From: Bacteroidota bacterium
Lineage (GTDB): Bacteria > Bacteroidota > Ignavibacteria > Kryptoniales > JAKASW01
NCBI GenBank assembly: GCA_021811615.1
Contig: JAJZNW010000077.1
Coordinates: 6,145-70,144 of the forward strand
Length of the DNA stretch: 64,000 nucleotides
Direction of reading: 5' to 3'
Positions 37,444 to 47,866 of the stretch are shown in pieces. A program made the position numbers and the translations under genes. How positions within the stretch are numbered: the first letter of the stretch is position 1; every line of letters begins with the position of its first letter. The notes under the pieces are model-generated. The model ran no database searches. It was not told where the DNA came from and worked only from the letters and a program-made list of their open reading frames with translations.

Positions 37444-39126
37444 ATGAAGAGCGGTTTGAATAAATACAGCTCGGAGCTGACACAGAAGACATCTCAGCCC
37501 GCCTCGCGGGCGATGCTGTACGGCGTCGGCCTGAAGGACAATGACATGGTAAAGCCGCAGGTCGGCATCGCAAGCATGGGATGGGAGGGAAACACATGCA
37601 ATATGCACCTCAACGATCTCGCGAAAGTTGTAAAGCAGGGAGTTCAGGAAGCCGGCATGGTAGGACTGATTTTCAACACGATCGGCGTGAGCGACGGCAT
37701 CTCGATGGGGACCGAAGGAATGAAGTCTTCGCTCCCTTCGAGGGAAATCATAGCCGATTCGATCGAGGCTGTGATGCGGGCACAGTGGTACGACGCGAAT
37801 ATCTCGCTTCCGGGATGCGACAAGAATATGCCGGGCTCCGTCATGGCGATGGGAAGACTGAACCGCCCGAGCCTGATGATCTACGGCGGGACAATAAGGG
37901 CCGGCCACCTCGGTGAGCGGAAGCTGGATATCGTTTCGGTTTTCGAGTCATACGGCGAATTCATTGCGGGAAATATAAAGGAAGCCGAAATGAACGAGGT
38001 CGTGAAACACGCATGCCCTGGGCCCGGCGCCTGCGGCGGAATGTACACGGCAAACACAATGGCCACAGCAATCGAGACTCTGGGCATGTCTCTTCCATAC
38101 AGCTCGTCGCTTCCCGCGGATAGCGACGCGAAGAAGAAGGAGTGTCTAGCCGCCGGAAAGGCCATCCTGGGCCTTCTTGAAAAAGACCTGAAGCCGCGCG
38201 ACATCATGACGAAGCAGTCGTTCATCAACGCCATCACGATGGTGACCGCTCTCGGCGGCTCGACAAACGCGGTGCTCCATCTCATAGCCATCGCGAAATC
38301 CGTCGGTGTCAGGCTGACGATCGACGATTTCCAGAACGTCAGCAACCGAGTGCCGTACATCGCGGAGCTCAAGCCGAGCGGTAAATTCGTGATGGAGGAC
38401 ATCAACGACATCGGCGGGATACCCGCAGCGCAGAAAATGCTGCTTAAGGAGGGTCTTCTCGACGGCAACTGCATGACCGTGACCGGAAGGACACTCGGAG
38501 AGAATATCGAGAAGGTTGCAGATCTGAAGGCCGGGCAGAAGATCGTTCACCCGCTTTCCGACCCGATCAAGAAGACCGGTCATCTCCAGATTTTATACGG
38601 TAACCTCGCGAAGGAGGGAGCGGTCGCGAAGATCACCGGCAAGGAAGGACTGCGCTTTTCCGGCCCCGCCAAGGCTTTCGATTCGGAAGAAGATACTTTA
38701 AAAGCACTCGAAGAGAAGAAGGTCGCTCCGGGGGATGTGGTGGTAATCAGGTATGAAGGACCAAAAGGCGGACCCGGAATGCGTGAGATGCTGACTATCA
38801 CATCCGCCATCATGGGCGCAGGGCTCGGGAAGAGCGTCGCCCTCATCACTGACGGCAGATTCTCCGGCGGCACACACGGCTTCGTCGTAGGTCACATAAC
38901 CCCTGAGGCCCAGGCAGGCGGGGTGCTCGCGGTGGTGCACGACGGAGACAAAATAACTATCGACGCCGAGAAGAACACGATAGTGCTTGAAGTGCCGGAT
39001 GCAGAAATCGCGAGACGTCTGAAGGCGTGGAAGGAACCGCCTTACAGAGCAAAGAGCGGTATGCTTTATAAGTACATCAAGAACGTTTCTTCCGCTTCCG
39101 AAGGCTGCGTGACGGACGAGAACTAG
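37444..39126 (+). CDS. ilvD: Dihydroxy-acid dehydratase
   Basis: [40 protein letters not shown] and ITDGRFSGG motifs. Confidence 0.97.
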   Translation: MKSGLNKYSSELTQKTSQPASRAMLYGVGLKDNDMVKPQVGIASMGWEGNTCNMHLNDLAKVVKQGVQEAGMVGLIFNTIGVSDGISMGTEGMKSSLPSREIIADSIEAVMRAQWYDANISLPGCDKNMPGSVMAMGRLNRPSLMIYGGTIRAGHLGERKLDIVSVFESYGEFIAGNIKEAEMNEVVKHACPGPGACGGMYTANTMATAIETLGMSLPYSSSLPADSDAKKKECLAAGKAILGLLEKDLKPRDIMTKQSFINAITMVTALGGSTNAVLHLIAIAKSVGVRLTIDDFQNVSNRVPYIAELKPSGKFVMEDINDIGGIPAAQKMLLKEGLLDGNCMTVTGRTLGENIEKVADLKAGQKIVHPLSDPIKKTGHLQILYGNLAKEGAVAKITGKEGLRFSGPAKAFDSEEDTLKALEEKKVAPGDVVVIRYEGPKGGPGMREMLTITSAIMGAGLGKSVALITDGRFSGGTHGFVVGHITPEAQAGGVLAVVHDGDKITIDAEKNTIVLEVPDAEIARRLKAWKEPPYRAKSGMLYKYIKNVSSASEGCVTDEN

Positions 39127-39157
39127 AAGAATGGAATGTCGGAATCGTGGATTATGG
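39126..39157 (+). repeat. Degenerate octamer repeat (GAATnnTG-like) immediately after the ilvD stop
   Basis: gaagaatg gaatgtcg gaatcgtg gattatgg. Confidence 0.45.
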
Positions 39158-39224
39158 GATTGTTCAACTCGCCCGGGCGATTTGATCCGTTGATTCGACG
39201 AAAGATTCCGATCCGCAACATATG

Positions 39225-39255
39225 AGGCCGGTTCACAACCGGCCTTCTTTTTTTT
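39225..39255 (+). terminator. Intrinsic terminator
   Basis: aggccggtt-cac-aaccggcct followed by TCTTTTTTTT. Confidence 0.85.
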
Positions 39256-39359
39256 ACGATCACGAAACGGAAATGCAAAAAAGCATGCTTCCGCCGGAAT
39301 TGGAAGTGGAATTTCCCGGACTGCACCGGTTATATTGAGACAAATGCCGGAGGCTTATC

Positions 39360-39812
39360 ATGGAACTCAGCCAACTCCTTCACGAGCGAATGAACGAGAT
39401 AATCTCCGAAGCGGAGACTTCTCTTTCACGGTCTCATCTTACCCACTATGATAAAGAAGGTGCCGAGCACAACCGCCAGAAATTGAAAGCTCTCTACGTT
39501 CTTGCGGTCAGGGCGATCGCGGAGAAAAACCTCGGGCCGATGCTATCATACTCGGAGACCATCGCACGGGAACGATACGAAACAGGTTTCGATCTTTCTG
39601 AAGTCCAGACCGCTTTCAACGTGCTCGAAGAAGCGGCATGGAGGTTCGTCGTGAAGAACCTCCCGCCGGTCGAATACGGCGAGGCTATAGGCATGATCAG
39701 CACAGTGCTCGGCGCCGGTAAGGACATGCTCGCCAGGACGTACGTTATGCTGGCCAGCAAATCCAGGGCGCCTTCTTTCGACCTTCGCTCTATGTTTGCA
39801 GGAACTTACTGA
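39360..39812 (+). CDS. Hypothetical all-helical protein (RsbRD_N / globin-like sensor module?)
   Basis: GGAGG RBS. The IARERYETGFDLSEVQTAFNVLE pattern resembles RsbRD_N-type domains. Confidence 0.6.
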   Translation: MELSQLLHERMNEIISEAETSLSRSHLTHYDKEGAEHNRQKLKALYVLAVRAIAEKNLGPMLSYSETIARERYETGFDLSEVQTAFNVLEEAAWRFVVKNLPPVEYGEAIGMISTVLGAGKDMLARTYVMLASKSRAPSFDLRSMFAGTY

Positions 39813-39982
39813 CCCGTTCCCAAACGACTGCAGGTACACACCCTCTCCCCGTATGCCTGTGCTCGCAGGTGTAGCAGCCGCGATCGTTTGGCATAATGGA
39901 AGTTTCCCTTCTCCCGGATAAACTATCGGGGTGTATTTAGTGTTAGGTAACGAGACACCCTAACCATCGAAAGACAAACAAT

Positions 39983-41218
39983 ATGGCAGCCGAAAAACAG
40001 AGGTTGGCAATCCTCGGAAGCGGTTTCGCTTCTCTGAGCCTTGTCAAAAGGATCGACCTCTCTCTATACAAAATCGCAATCGTGAGTCCGCGCAATCACT
40101 TTCTTTTCACGCCCCTTCTTCCCAGTACCACGGTCGGGACGATCGAATTCCGCAGCATAATCGAACCGATAAGATCCTCAAGAAATGAGATCAGATACTA
40201 CCAGGCGGAATGTATTTCGATAGATCCGGAGAAGAGCATTGTGAAATGCGAGACGGTACAGAGCAAGGAGATCTTTGACCTGGAATACGATCATCTCGTG
40301 ATCACAGTCGGGGCGGTGAATAACACATTTGGGATACCGGGAGTTGAAAAGCACGCATTGTTCCTTAAAGAGCTTCAAGATGCCCGTAAGATAAGGGGGA
40401 AGATAATAGAGAATTTCGAGCGGGCCGCCGTGCCGGGCACTGCCGACGAAGAAAAGAAGAGGCTTCTGCATTTCGTGGTGGTGGGCGGTGGGCCGACAGG
40501 CGTCGAGTTCGCGGCGGAACTCAGCGACTTCATAAAGGACGACCTCGTTAAATGGTACCCGAAACTCGCACCTCATGCGACGATAACGCTGCTGGAAGCG
40601 GCAACACAAATTCTCGGCACATTCGACTCAAAGCTGTCGGAGTATGCCATGAAAATATTCCAGCGGCAGAACATCGTCATAAAGACCAATTCACCCGTGA
40701 AGGAAGTTCTGGAAAAAACCATCCTGCTCCATGACGGTACGGTGATCCAGCACGGACTGGTAGTGTGGTCGACGGGAATCGGGCCGACGAAGCTTCTGCA
40801 GTCACTTCCTTTTCCGAAAAACCGCGCTTCCCGTCTCCTCACCGACGAGTTCCTCAGAGTTCCAGGTACCAGGAACATCTACGCAGCCGGGGACTGCGCG
40901 ACATCCGAGGACGAGAATTATCCGGCCACTGCGCAGGTCGCGCAGCAGGAAGGGAAATATCTCGCCTGCTCTTTCAATCGTACGGCACTCGGGAAGAAGG
41001 CGGAGCCGTTCCGCTACAAGAATCTCGGGATGCTCGCGTACATCGGCGACAGGCGCGCGCTCGCGGACCTTCCTAATGTTAAAGGACGTGGCTTTGCGAC
41101 TTTTCTTTTCTGGAGATCCGCATACCTGACCCGGCTCGTAAGCATGAAGAACAAGATTCTCGTGCTCTTCGATTGGATTAAGGCATCGATCTTCGGAAGA
41201 GACATAAGCAGCTTCTGA
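39983..41218 (+). CDS. ndh: Type II NADH:quinone oxidoreductase (NDH-2)
   Basis: LGSGF, FLFTPLLPSTTVGT, VVVGGGPTGVEFAAEL, AGDCA and PATAQVAQQEG motifs. Confidence 0.93.
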   Translation: MAAEKQRLAILGSGFASLSLVKRIDLSLYKIAIVSPRNHFLFTPLLPSTTVGTIEFRSIIEPIRSSRNEIRYYQAECISIDPEKSIVKCETVQSKEIFDLEYDHLVITVGAVNNTFGIPGVEKHALFLKELQDARKIRGKIIENFERAAVPGTADEEKKRLLHFVVVGGGPTGVEFAAELSDFIKDDLVKWYPKLAPHATITLLEAATQILGTFDSKLSEYAMKIFQRQNIVIKTNSPVKEVLEKTILLHDGTVIQHGLVVWSTGIGPTKLLQSLPFPKNRASRLLTDEFLRVPGTRNIYAAGDCATSEDENYPATAQVAQQEGKYLACSFNRTALGKKAEPFRYKNLGMLAYIGDRRALADLPNVKGRGFATFLFWRSAYLTRLVSMKNKILVLFDWIKASIFGRDISSF

Positions 41219-41315
41219 CAAGCTATAAGCGGACAACATAACTACTCGTGTTTGATTTTTAGCACGCCGGATAGCAACTTTCACCGTCAGGGAATGAAAT
41301 CGCGGGGGGACGGAC

Positions 41316-44300
41316 ATGAAATGGAAATCTGCGCTTGCGGTGTGTATGGTGACGAGTGTGGGCTACGCACAAGTCGTGGTCAATGAACTCATGTACGCCC
41401 CTTCCGGCGGACAGCCGGAATGGGTCGAACTCTACAACAGCGGCCCCGACAGCGTCAACATAAAAGAGTGGACGATTCATAATAAGAACGGTGTCCGTTA
41501 TGCTCTCAGGCTGTCGGACCGCTACATTTCTCCACACTCTTACCTTGTGCTCACAAACTCGAATGAGTTCGCAAATTTTCATCCAGAGGCTGCCGGGAGC
41601 TACATCGTCGTCGACTGGTCGCAGTATTTTCTGGTGAACACCGGCGATACCGTCGCCGTCCATGATGAGTACGGCAAGCTCGTCGACTCCGTTTACTACG
41701 CTTCGTCATGGGGCGGCAGCGGAGGCAAATCGCTGGAGAGAAAATCCGCATCCGCTCCATCCAGAGTCCAAAGCAACTGGGGAACATCTGTCGATCCCGC
41801 CGGAAGCACGCCCGGGAGGATAAACAGTATTTCCATGAGGAGAATCGATCTCGCGATCTCGCACTTCTCAGCTTCCTATTCTCCCGCCGAATCAAAACTT
41901 GAATTCGAAGTGCTTGTGAAGAATACAGGAAAAGAGCCGGTGACTTCATTTTCACTTAACATATTCATCGATTATGACGGCGACTCATCCGCACAACCTC
42001 ATGAGCTTGCCGCTACTACTACAGGCAACACTCTCGAACCCGAAGATTCCCTTTGTCTTCACCTAATGAAGGAAATGAATCAACCGGGCCGCTCGAACGC
42101 CATCGCGGTTCTCGATCTGAATTCAGACGAGGACACGACCAATAATAAGTTCATTTCGAGAATTGTACTTTCGTACAAACCTGGTTCATTCGTGGTGAAT
42201 GAAATCATGTATGCGCCTACAAGCCCGCAACCGGAATGGGTCGAGCTATTCAACGCTTCAACCGATTCCATTTCATTGGAGGGTTTCATGATTGGCGACA
42301 ACTCCGGAACGATGTCGCGAGTGAAAGAACCGGATCGCGTCCTGCCGCCGTCGGGTTATGTCGTGATCGCGGATGACTCTTCATTCCTTGAATATCATCC
42401 CGGCCTTCAGTCTTGCGTAATCGTCCTGTCGATTCCTTCGCTCAACAATTCCGGAGATGCCGTTATAGTACGCGATCAATCCGGGACGACAATCGACAGC
42501 GTCGCATATTCGCCTTCATGGGGAGGAAATTCAGGCGGGAAGTCGTTGGAACGAATCCTCGCTAATGGAAGCTCGAACGATCCTCAAAACTTCGAGACGT
42601 GTATCGACACGTCGAAGAGCACACCGGGACGAATTAACAGCGTTACTCCGCGCGATCACGACCTGGCAGTCGGCGCTGTCAGCTGGTCGCCCGCAACACT
42701 TCAATCCGGCAACGCGGCGGTGATAACTGCAAGCATCGTCAATGCGGGACTCCGCACAAGCGGGACTTCAACCGTTTTTCTGTTTCAGGACTCGAACAGC
42801 GACCTTAGATACGATGCGAACGAATTACGCGATTCAGTCGTAGTTGGGGAGATATCTCCAGGAGATTCGGTAGAACTCAGCCTTAGAACCGGCGCGCTTA
42901 CCTTCGGCTCCCACCGATTCGGAATAGTTGTCAACTCCGCCAGCGACGAAAGGACATCCAATAATTCCAGGAGCTTCATTCTAAAAGTGGGGCTCGCCCC
43001 TTCTACCGTCGTGATCAACGAGCTGATGTACGCTCCCGTGAGCCCCGAAGCGGAGTGGATAGAATTGTACAACACGAGCGGCGCAGCGGTCGATCTTTCC
43101 GATTTCAGGATCTCGAGCCACACAAGTGCGGTGAGAATCAAGCCGGGGACAATTATCGCGCCGGCCGGATATCTGGTGTTATGCAAGGATTCGTCCGTCC
43201 AGCGGCTTCATGACAATGCGAGAGACTTGGTGATCCAATCCGTGCCGACGCTGAACAACGCCGGAGCGGGCGTCGCGCTTCACGATAATCTCGGAAGTCT
43301 GCTCGACACTATCGACTACCGTCCGTCCTTCGGTGGAGACACGGGACGGTCTCTCGAGAGGATAGACTTTCTTGCAGTAAGCGACTCCACGAACTGGGCG
43401 GAAAGCGCGGACACGACCGGAGCGACTCCCGGTTTGCTGAACAGTGTGGCGATTCTTCCCGTCGATGCCGCGATCAGACGCATCGACATCTCCGCCGCGC
43501 CGGCAGCTCCCGGACGCGCGGGAACTATCTCCGTCGTTGTGACCAACTGCGGCAGGCAACCCGTCTCCGGCATTCCGGTGAGCTTCGATGTCGCCGGCAT
43601 CATCGACCCCTCGAGGATTTACAGGGAGACAAGGAACATCATTCAAACACTTTCTCCGAAAGACAGCATTAACGTGCAATTCGACTTTACTCCGCCGAAT
43701 TCGGGCGCCTACGTCGTGAAGGCAGCCGTCTCGCTTAAAGACGACCCGAGAAACTGGAACGACACGCTGTCTGCCGTCTTCAGCGTCGGGTATGAACCTC
43801 AGTCGCTCGTCATAAACGAAATCATGTTCACGAAAGGATCGATGGGAGAATATTTCGAGTTATACAATCAATCCGCAAACCCGATCGATTTGTCGCGCTG
43901 GACGTTCAACACATCGTCTTCGCAGCCCAGGTTATTCCAATATTCCAAGTTTCCATTATTCCTTGCCCAGGGCGACTACTATATTATCTCCTCCGATTCT
44001 TCCGTCCTGGCGCTCGTTCCCGACACGAACATGGTGGGTATCGTGAAATCGCTGAGTCTACGCGACGACGGCGATCGCGTCGTGATCGAGGACCCTTCCG
44101 GCAACATAGTCGACAGCGTGAGTTACCTTCCATCATGGCACAATGCCGACATTGCAAAGACGGCGGGTCGTTCGCTGGAAAAGATTAACCCAACCCTCCC
44201 TTCCGGTGAGAAGACAAGTTGGTCCACATGTGTCTCGAAGCCGGGAGGCACACCCGGAAGCAGAAACAGCCTCTTCATAAGCCCTTCACGGACAACCGGC

Positions 44301-44618
44301 AGCATCTCAGTGTCGCCGAATCCTTTCTCCCCGGACGGCGACGGGCATGACGATTTCACATTCGTCACCTACTCCTTTCCAGTCACCTCCGTGAAAATCC
44401 GGATCAGAATTTTCGACACGATGGGGAGATCGATCGCGACTCCGGCAGACAATATTGTCGTTCCATCTACGGGAAGGCTGGTGTGGGACGGCAGGGACGG
44501 CTCTGGGAAGATTGTTAGGTTCGGATTGTATATTTTATTCATGGAAGTAACCGGTCCAGATGGCAATTCGCTGGCGATATACAAGAAGCCGGTCGTGGTG
44601 GCGAAAAAGCTAAAGTGA
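41316..44618 (+). CDS. Secreted lamin-tail-domain/CARDB repeat protein with FlgD-Ig / T9SS type-B-like tail
   Basis: Four VVNE(L/I)M...E(W/Y)xEL(Y/F)N...DSVxY...G(K/R)SLE(R/K)...TPG units alternate with Ig-like units. C-terminal PNPFSPDGDG...VWDGRD...GLYI. Confidence 0.88.
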   Translation: MKWKSALAVCMVTSVGYAQVVVNELMYAPSGGQPEWVELYNSGPDSVNIKEWTIHNKNGVRYALRLSDRYISPHSYLVLTNSNEFANFHPEAAGSYIVVDWSQYFLVNTGDTVAVHDEYGKLVDSVYYASSWGGSGGKSLERKSASAPSRVQSNWGTSVDPAGSTPGRINSISMRRIDLAISHFSASYSPAESKLEFEVLVKNTGKEPVTSFSLNIFIDYDGDSSAQPHELAATTTGNTLEPEDSLCLHLMKEMNQPGRSNAIAVLDLNSDEDTTNNKFISRIVLSYKPGSFVVNEIMYAPTSPQPEWVELFNASTDSISLEGFMIGDNSGTMSRVKEPDRVLPPSGYVVIADDSSFLEYHPGLQSCVIVLSIPSLNNSGDAVIVRDQSGTTIDSVAYSPSWGGNSGGKSLERILANGSSNDPQNFETCIDTSKSTPGRINSVTPRDHDLAVGAVSWSPATLQSGNAAVITASIVNAGLRTSGTSTVFLFQDSNSDLRYDANELRDSVVVGEISPGDSVELSLRTGALTFGSHRFGIVVNSASDERTSNNSRSFILKVGLAPSTVVINELMYAPVSPEAEWIELYNTSGAAVDLSDFRISSHTSAVRIKPGTIIAPAGYLVLCKDSSVQRLHDNARDLVIQSVPTLNNAGAGVALHDNLGSLLDTIDYRPSFGGDTGRSLERIDFLAVSDSTNWAESADTTGATPGLLNSVAILPVDAAIRRIDISAAPAAPGRAGTISVVVTNCGRQPVSGIPVSFDVAGIIDPSRIYRETRNIIQTLSPKDSINVQFDFTPPNSGAYVVKAAVSLKDDPRNWNDTLSAVFSVGYEPQSLVINEIMFTKGSMGEYFELYNQSANPIDLSRWTFNTSSSQPRLFQYSKFPLFLAQGDYYIISSDSSVLALVPDTNMVGIVKSLSLRDDGDRVVIEDPSGNIVDSVSYLPSWHNADIAKTAGRSLEKINPTLPSGEKTSWSTCVSKPGGTPGSRNSLFISPSRTTGSISVSPNPFSPDGDGHDDFTFVTYSFPVTSVKIRIRIFDTMGRSIATPADNIVVPSTGRLVWDGRDGSGKIVRFGLYILFMEVTGPDGNSLAIYKKPVVVAKKLK

Positions 44619-44645
44619 ATTGCCATAGGATTCGGAGAAGAAGGA

Positions 44646-45170
44646 ATGAAAAGAGATCGCGATCTGATCCCCACAGAACTGATTGAAAGCAAGATACTCC
44701 TGGTAAGGGGCCGGAAAGTCATACTTGATTTCCATCTTGCGGCTTTATATGGCGTAGGGACGAAAGTTTTGCTACAGGCGGTGAAACGAAATGCCTCCCG
44801 CTTTCCTGAAGATTTCATGTTCGAGCTGAACGAACGCGAGTCTGCCCGTTTGAGGTCACAGATTGTGACCTCAAACCGGGGAGGCAGAAGATACCCTCCT
44901 CGCGCCTTCACTGAGCAAGGCGTCGCCATGTTGTCAAGCGTGCTGCGAAGCGAAAGAGCGATACAGGTCAACATCGCGATCATGCGCGCGTTCGTGAAAC
45001 TCAGGGAGATCATCTCTGCCCACAAAGAACCGGCACTCAAATTGAAACGGCTCGAAATGAAACTCGAAAAACACGACGAAGAAATTCAGGCGATATTCCG
45101 GGCAATAGCGGATCTAATGTCGCCTCCGCCGGAGAAACCTAAACGCCCGATCGGATTCACAAGAGAATAG
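44646..45170 (+). CDS. ORF6N-domain DNA-binding protein
   Basis: RGRKVILD, LAALYGV, QAVKRNASRFPEDFMFEL, AFTEQGVAMLSSVLRS and C-terminal PIGF. Confidence 0.9.
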   Translation: MKRDRDLIPTELIESKILLVRGRKVILDFHLAALYGVGTKVLLQAVKRNASRFPEDFMFELNERESARLRSQIVTSNRGGRRYPPRAFTEQGVAMLSSVLRSERAIQVNIAIMRAFVKLREIISAHKEPALKLKRLEMKLEKHDEEIQAIFRAIADLMSPPPEKPKRPIGFTRE

Positions 45171-45176
45171 GGAATC

Positions 45177-47750
45177 ATGAACCTTACGGAAAATCACGCT
45201 GATCTTCAAAAACGCATCTCACTTTACATCACGGCGCTCCAAAATGAAATCGAGGCGCTGAGAAATTACTCTTCACGAAACTACTCGCTCGTCGCAGGCA
45301 AATTCATCGGCAACGCCGACACGGAATTCCTCTACGAGTTCAGGCTGGAAGACGAAGTCAGGATAGTCGAGGACATGCCGGTCGAGATCGAAGTCGGCGG
45401 AGACATCACTCACGGCTCCGTCATATCCGTCGACGGCGACAGGATAGTCCTGCTTCTGCAGAACGACATTGGCGATGCCGTCGAACAGGCGACCCTGCGG
45501 ACCGCGCCGTTCTTTCTCCTCGAGCAGCTGATCGAACGCCTCGACAGCCTGGAAGACAAGGATATCGAGACGCTTGAAACGCTTTTCGATGAAGACGCTG
45601 AGAAGGCATTCGAGGATGACCTGACCCTCGATCCTAAACAATTAAATGAGTTTCAGATCGGGGCCGCGCGAGCCGTGCTGAAGAAGCCGGTCTCGTTCGT
45701 GTGGGGACCACCGGGAACCGGCAAGACCCAGACGCTTGCATTCACCGCCGCTAACCTTGTCGCGCTCGGTGAAAAAGTGCTGATCATCTCGAACACCAAC
45801 ATAGCGGTCGACGTCGCGCTCCAGAAAACTCTCGAATACCTTCAGGAGGATAACGAATACTTCGAGGGAAAATTCGTCCGCTTCGGAATACCGCGCCTCC
45901 CCGACCTTGCAGATTTCCCGTGGTCTCTCCCGCAGTACGTATCGCGCGACAAGAATCCGGGGCTTTACGCGTCGATCGAGAAAATCGAGACCGACATCCG
46001 CGGCGTCATGACACGCATGAGAAATCCGCGATCGAAGCGGGGACCGAACCAGGAGAAGCTCTCCAACATGCGTGAGAAGCTTTACTCGCTTCGCGAGGAA
46101 GCTTACGGCAAGGAGAGCAAAATTGTCCAGCAGGCGAACCTCGTCGCATGTACCGCGGCAAAGGCCGCGATTTCTTCCCAGGTTTCGTCGCGGAAGTTCG
46201 ACACCGTCCTGATCGACGAAGCGAGCATGCTGTATGTGCCCTATGTCGCTTTCGCAGCATCGCTCGCCAAGAAGAGGGTGGCGATATTCGGCGACTTCAT
46301 GCAGATCCCGCCGATCACGCAATCGTCGACTAAGGTTCTGAACGTACTGGGGAAAGACATATTCCGCGAAACGAAAATGCACCGTTTTATGGCGAAGCAG
46401 CATCCGCGGATGAGCACTCTGGAAATTCAGTACCGAATGCAGCTCGCGATCATGGACCTCATAAACGACAGGATCTACGCCGGCAGGCTGAAGGCAAGCC
46501 AGCAGATAAAATCGTCCGAGCCTAAACAGGAGCCCGTAGTCTTCTACGATACCTCGAAGCTCGACTCGAAGGCTTTCCGCGAAGCCACATCGAACAGCCG
46601 TGTCAATATTTTCTCCGGAGTCACGGCAATAGATCTCGCGGTCGACGCTCTCAAGCACGGTGCGAAAACCGTCGGAATCATTACGCCTTACCGCGCGCAG
46701 GCTCGGTTCCTTCGAAGCGTCCTGACAAGCATGAATCTCGACAGCGCCGTCATCTCGGCAGCCACGGTACACACATTCCAGGGCAACGAGCGCGACGTCA
46801 TCGTATTCGACTTCGTCGACGACAACCCTCTCCCGCTCGGCGTCCTCCTTGCGACATACGAGCGAGAGGATCCCGACGACATATCCGAAGGCGAGCGGCT
46901 ACTGAACGTTGCCATGACACGCGCGAAGAAGCGTCTCCTCTTCGTCGGCAATTTCGAATACCTTTCCAAAAGGTCCACCGAAGGGTCGCTTCTCAGGTTC
47001 GTACTCGACAAGCTCAAGCGCGACAAAGTCGTTAACACCGTCCAGATCGACGACAGCAAAGCCAGGCACTACATCGGGAATAACTTTCCCGGACTCGCGA
47101 TCCATCGTGGATTTGTCGACAGCACAGTCCCGCTTTTGCGTGACATACAGGAATCTTCGGAAGAGTTGCGACTCGTACAGCCGATAAAGGCCAAGCTTCA
47201 GTTTTTCAAGTACGTCCTCAACAAGGAAGTGGAGGCATCCAAGGAATTCAAATCGCTGGAGATGAGTCTCCTGCAGCAGAAGCTGAAGAACACGAACCTC
47301 GTGACGTCGGACAAGTCGGAGCTTTTCTTCTGGCTCATCGACAAGAAGTATCTCCATGTCTTCGACTTACTCGGGAAAAAGGAACCGGTCGGCATAAGGA
47401 TCGGCATTCCCGAGATAGCAAAGACCTTCAATTTTATTTTGCCGAGGAAGAGTTCAAAACTGACGGGCACGGGCAACCGGGAAGTGGATGCACACTGCGC
47501 CGTCTGCGGCGGGAAGATGGAGCTCAGGGAAATGAAGGGGATGATCGTGGCACAGTGCGCCGACAACCAGTGCGTCACGGTGCCGGCAGACGGGAAGATC
47601 ATCGAGGCTGTTCTCGAAGAGAACGGACAGAGCTGTCCCATCTGTGCCGGGAAGATTCGAGTGAAGAAAGGACGGCGCGGGTTCTTCGCCGGGTGCGCGA
47701 ACTACCCGGGGTGCACCTGGACGGCGGAGCTGGGTGAGATACTGAGATAA
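45177..47750 (+). CDS. SF1 (DNA2/NAM7/Upf1-like) helicase with two C-terminal C4 zinc ribbons
   Basis: GPPGTGKT, IDEAS, GDFMQIPP, QYRM, IITPYRAQ, TVHTFQGNERD and NVAMTRAK motifs. Zn ribbons CAVC..C..C and CPIC...FAGCANYPGC. Confidence 0.9.
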   Translation: MNLTENHADLQKRISLYITALQNEIEALRNYSSRNYSLVAGKFIGNADTEFLYEFRLEDEVRIVEDMPVEIEVGGDITHGSVISVDGDRIVLLLQNDIGDAVEQATLRTAPFFLLEQLIERLDSLEDKDIETLETLFDEDAEKAFEDDLTLDPKQLNEFQIGAARAVLKKPVSFVWGPPGTGKTQTLAFTAANLVALGEKVLIISNTNIAVDVALQKTLEYLQEDNEYFEGKFVRFGIPRLPDLADFPWSLPQYVSRDKNPGLYASIEKIETDIRGVMTRMRNPRSKRGPNQEKLSNMREKLYSLREEAYGKESKIVQQANLVACTAAKAAISSQVSSRKFDTVLIDEASMLYVPYVAFAASLAKKRVAIFGDFMQIPPITQSSTKVLNVLGKDIFRETKMHRFMAKQHPRMSTLEIQYRMQLAIMDLINDRIYAGRLKASQQIKSSEPKQEPVVFYDTSKLDSKAFREATSNSRVNIFSGVTAIDLAVDALKHGAKTVGIITPYRAQARFLRSVLTSMNLDSAVISAATVHTFQGNERDVIVFDFVDDNPLPLGVLLATYEREDPDDISEGERLLNVAMTRAKKRLLFVGNFEYLSKRSTEGSLLRFVLDKLKRDKVVNTVQIDDSKARHYIGNNFPGLAIHRGFVDSTVPLLRDIQESSEELRLVQPIKAKLQFFKYVLNKEVEASKEFKSLEMSLLQQKLKNTNLVTSDKSELFFWLIDKKYLHVFDLLGKKEPVGIRIGIPEIAKTFNFILPRKSSKLTGTGNREVDAHCAVCGGKMELREMKGMIVAQCADNQCVTVPADGKIIEAVLEENGQSCPICAGKIRVKKGRRGFFAGCANYPGCTWTAELGEILR

Positions 47751-47866
47751 AATCAGCCTTGCGATCATAAGCCGGGCAGCTTAACTTGACCTAGATTCAG
47801 CGGGCCGGATGCATGCGTCGTTGCGGCCGGACAGTGCAAGCACAAACGTGCGGGGAGGTTTAACGG

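Noticed and set aside
44646-45170. Prophage suggested by ORF6N
   Set aside because: No integrase, structural or replication genes nearby, and ORF6N genes often occur alone.
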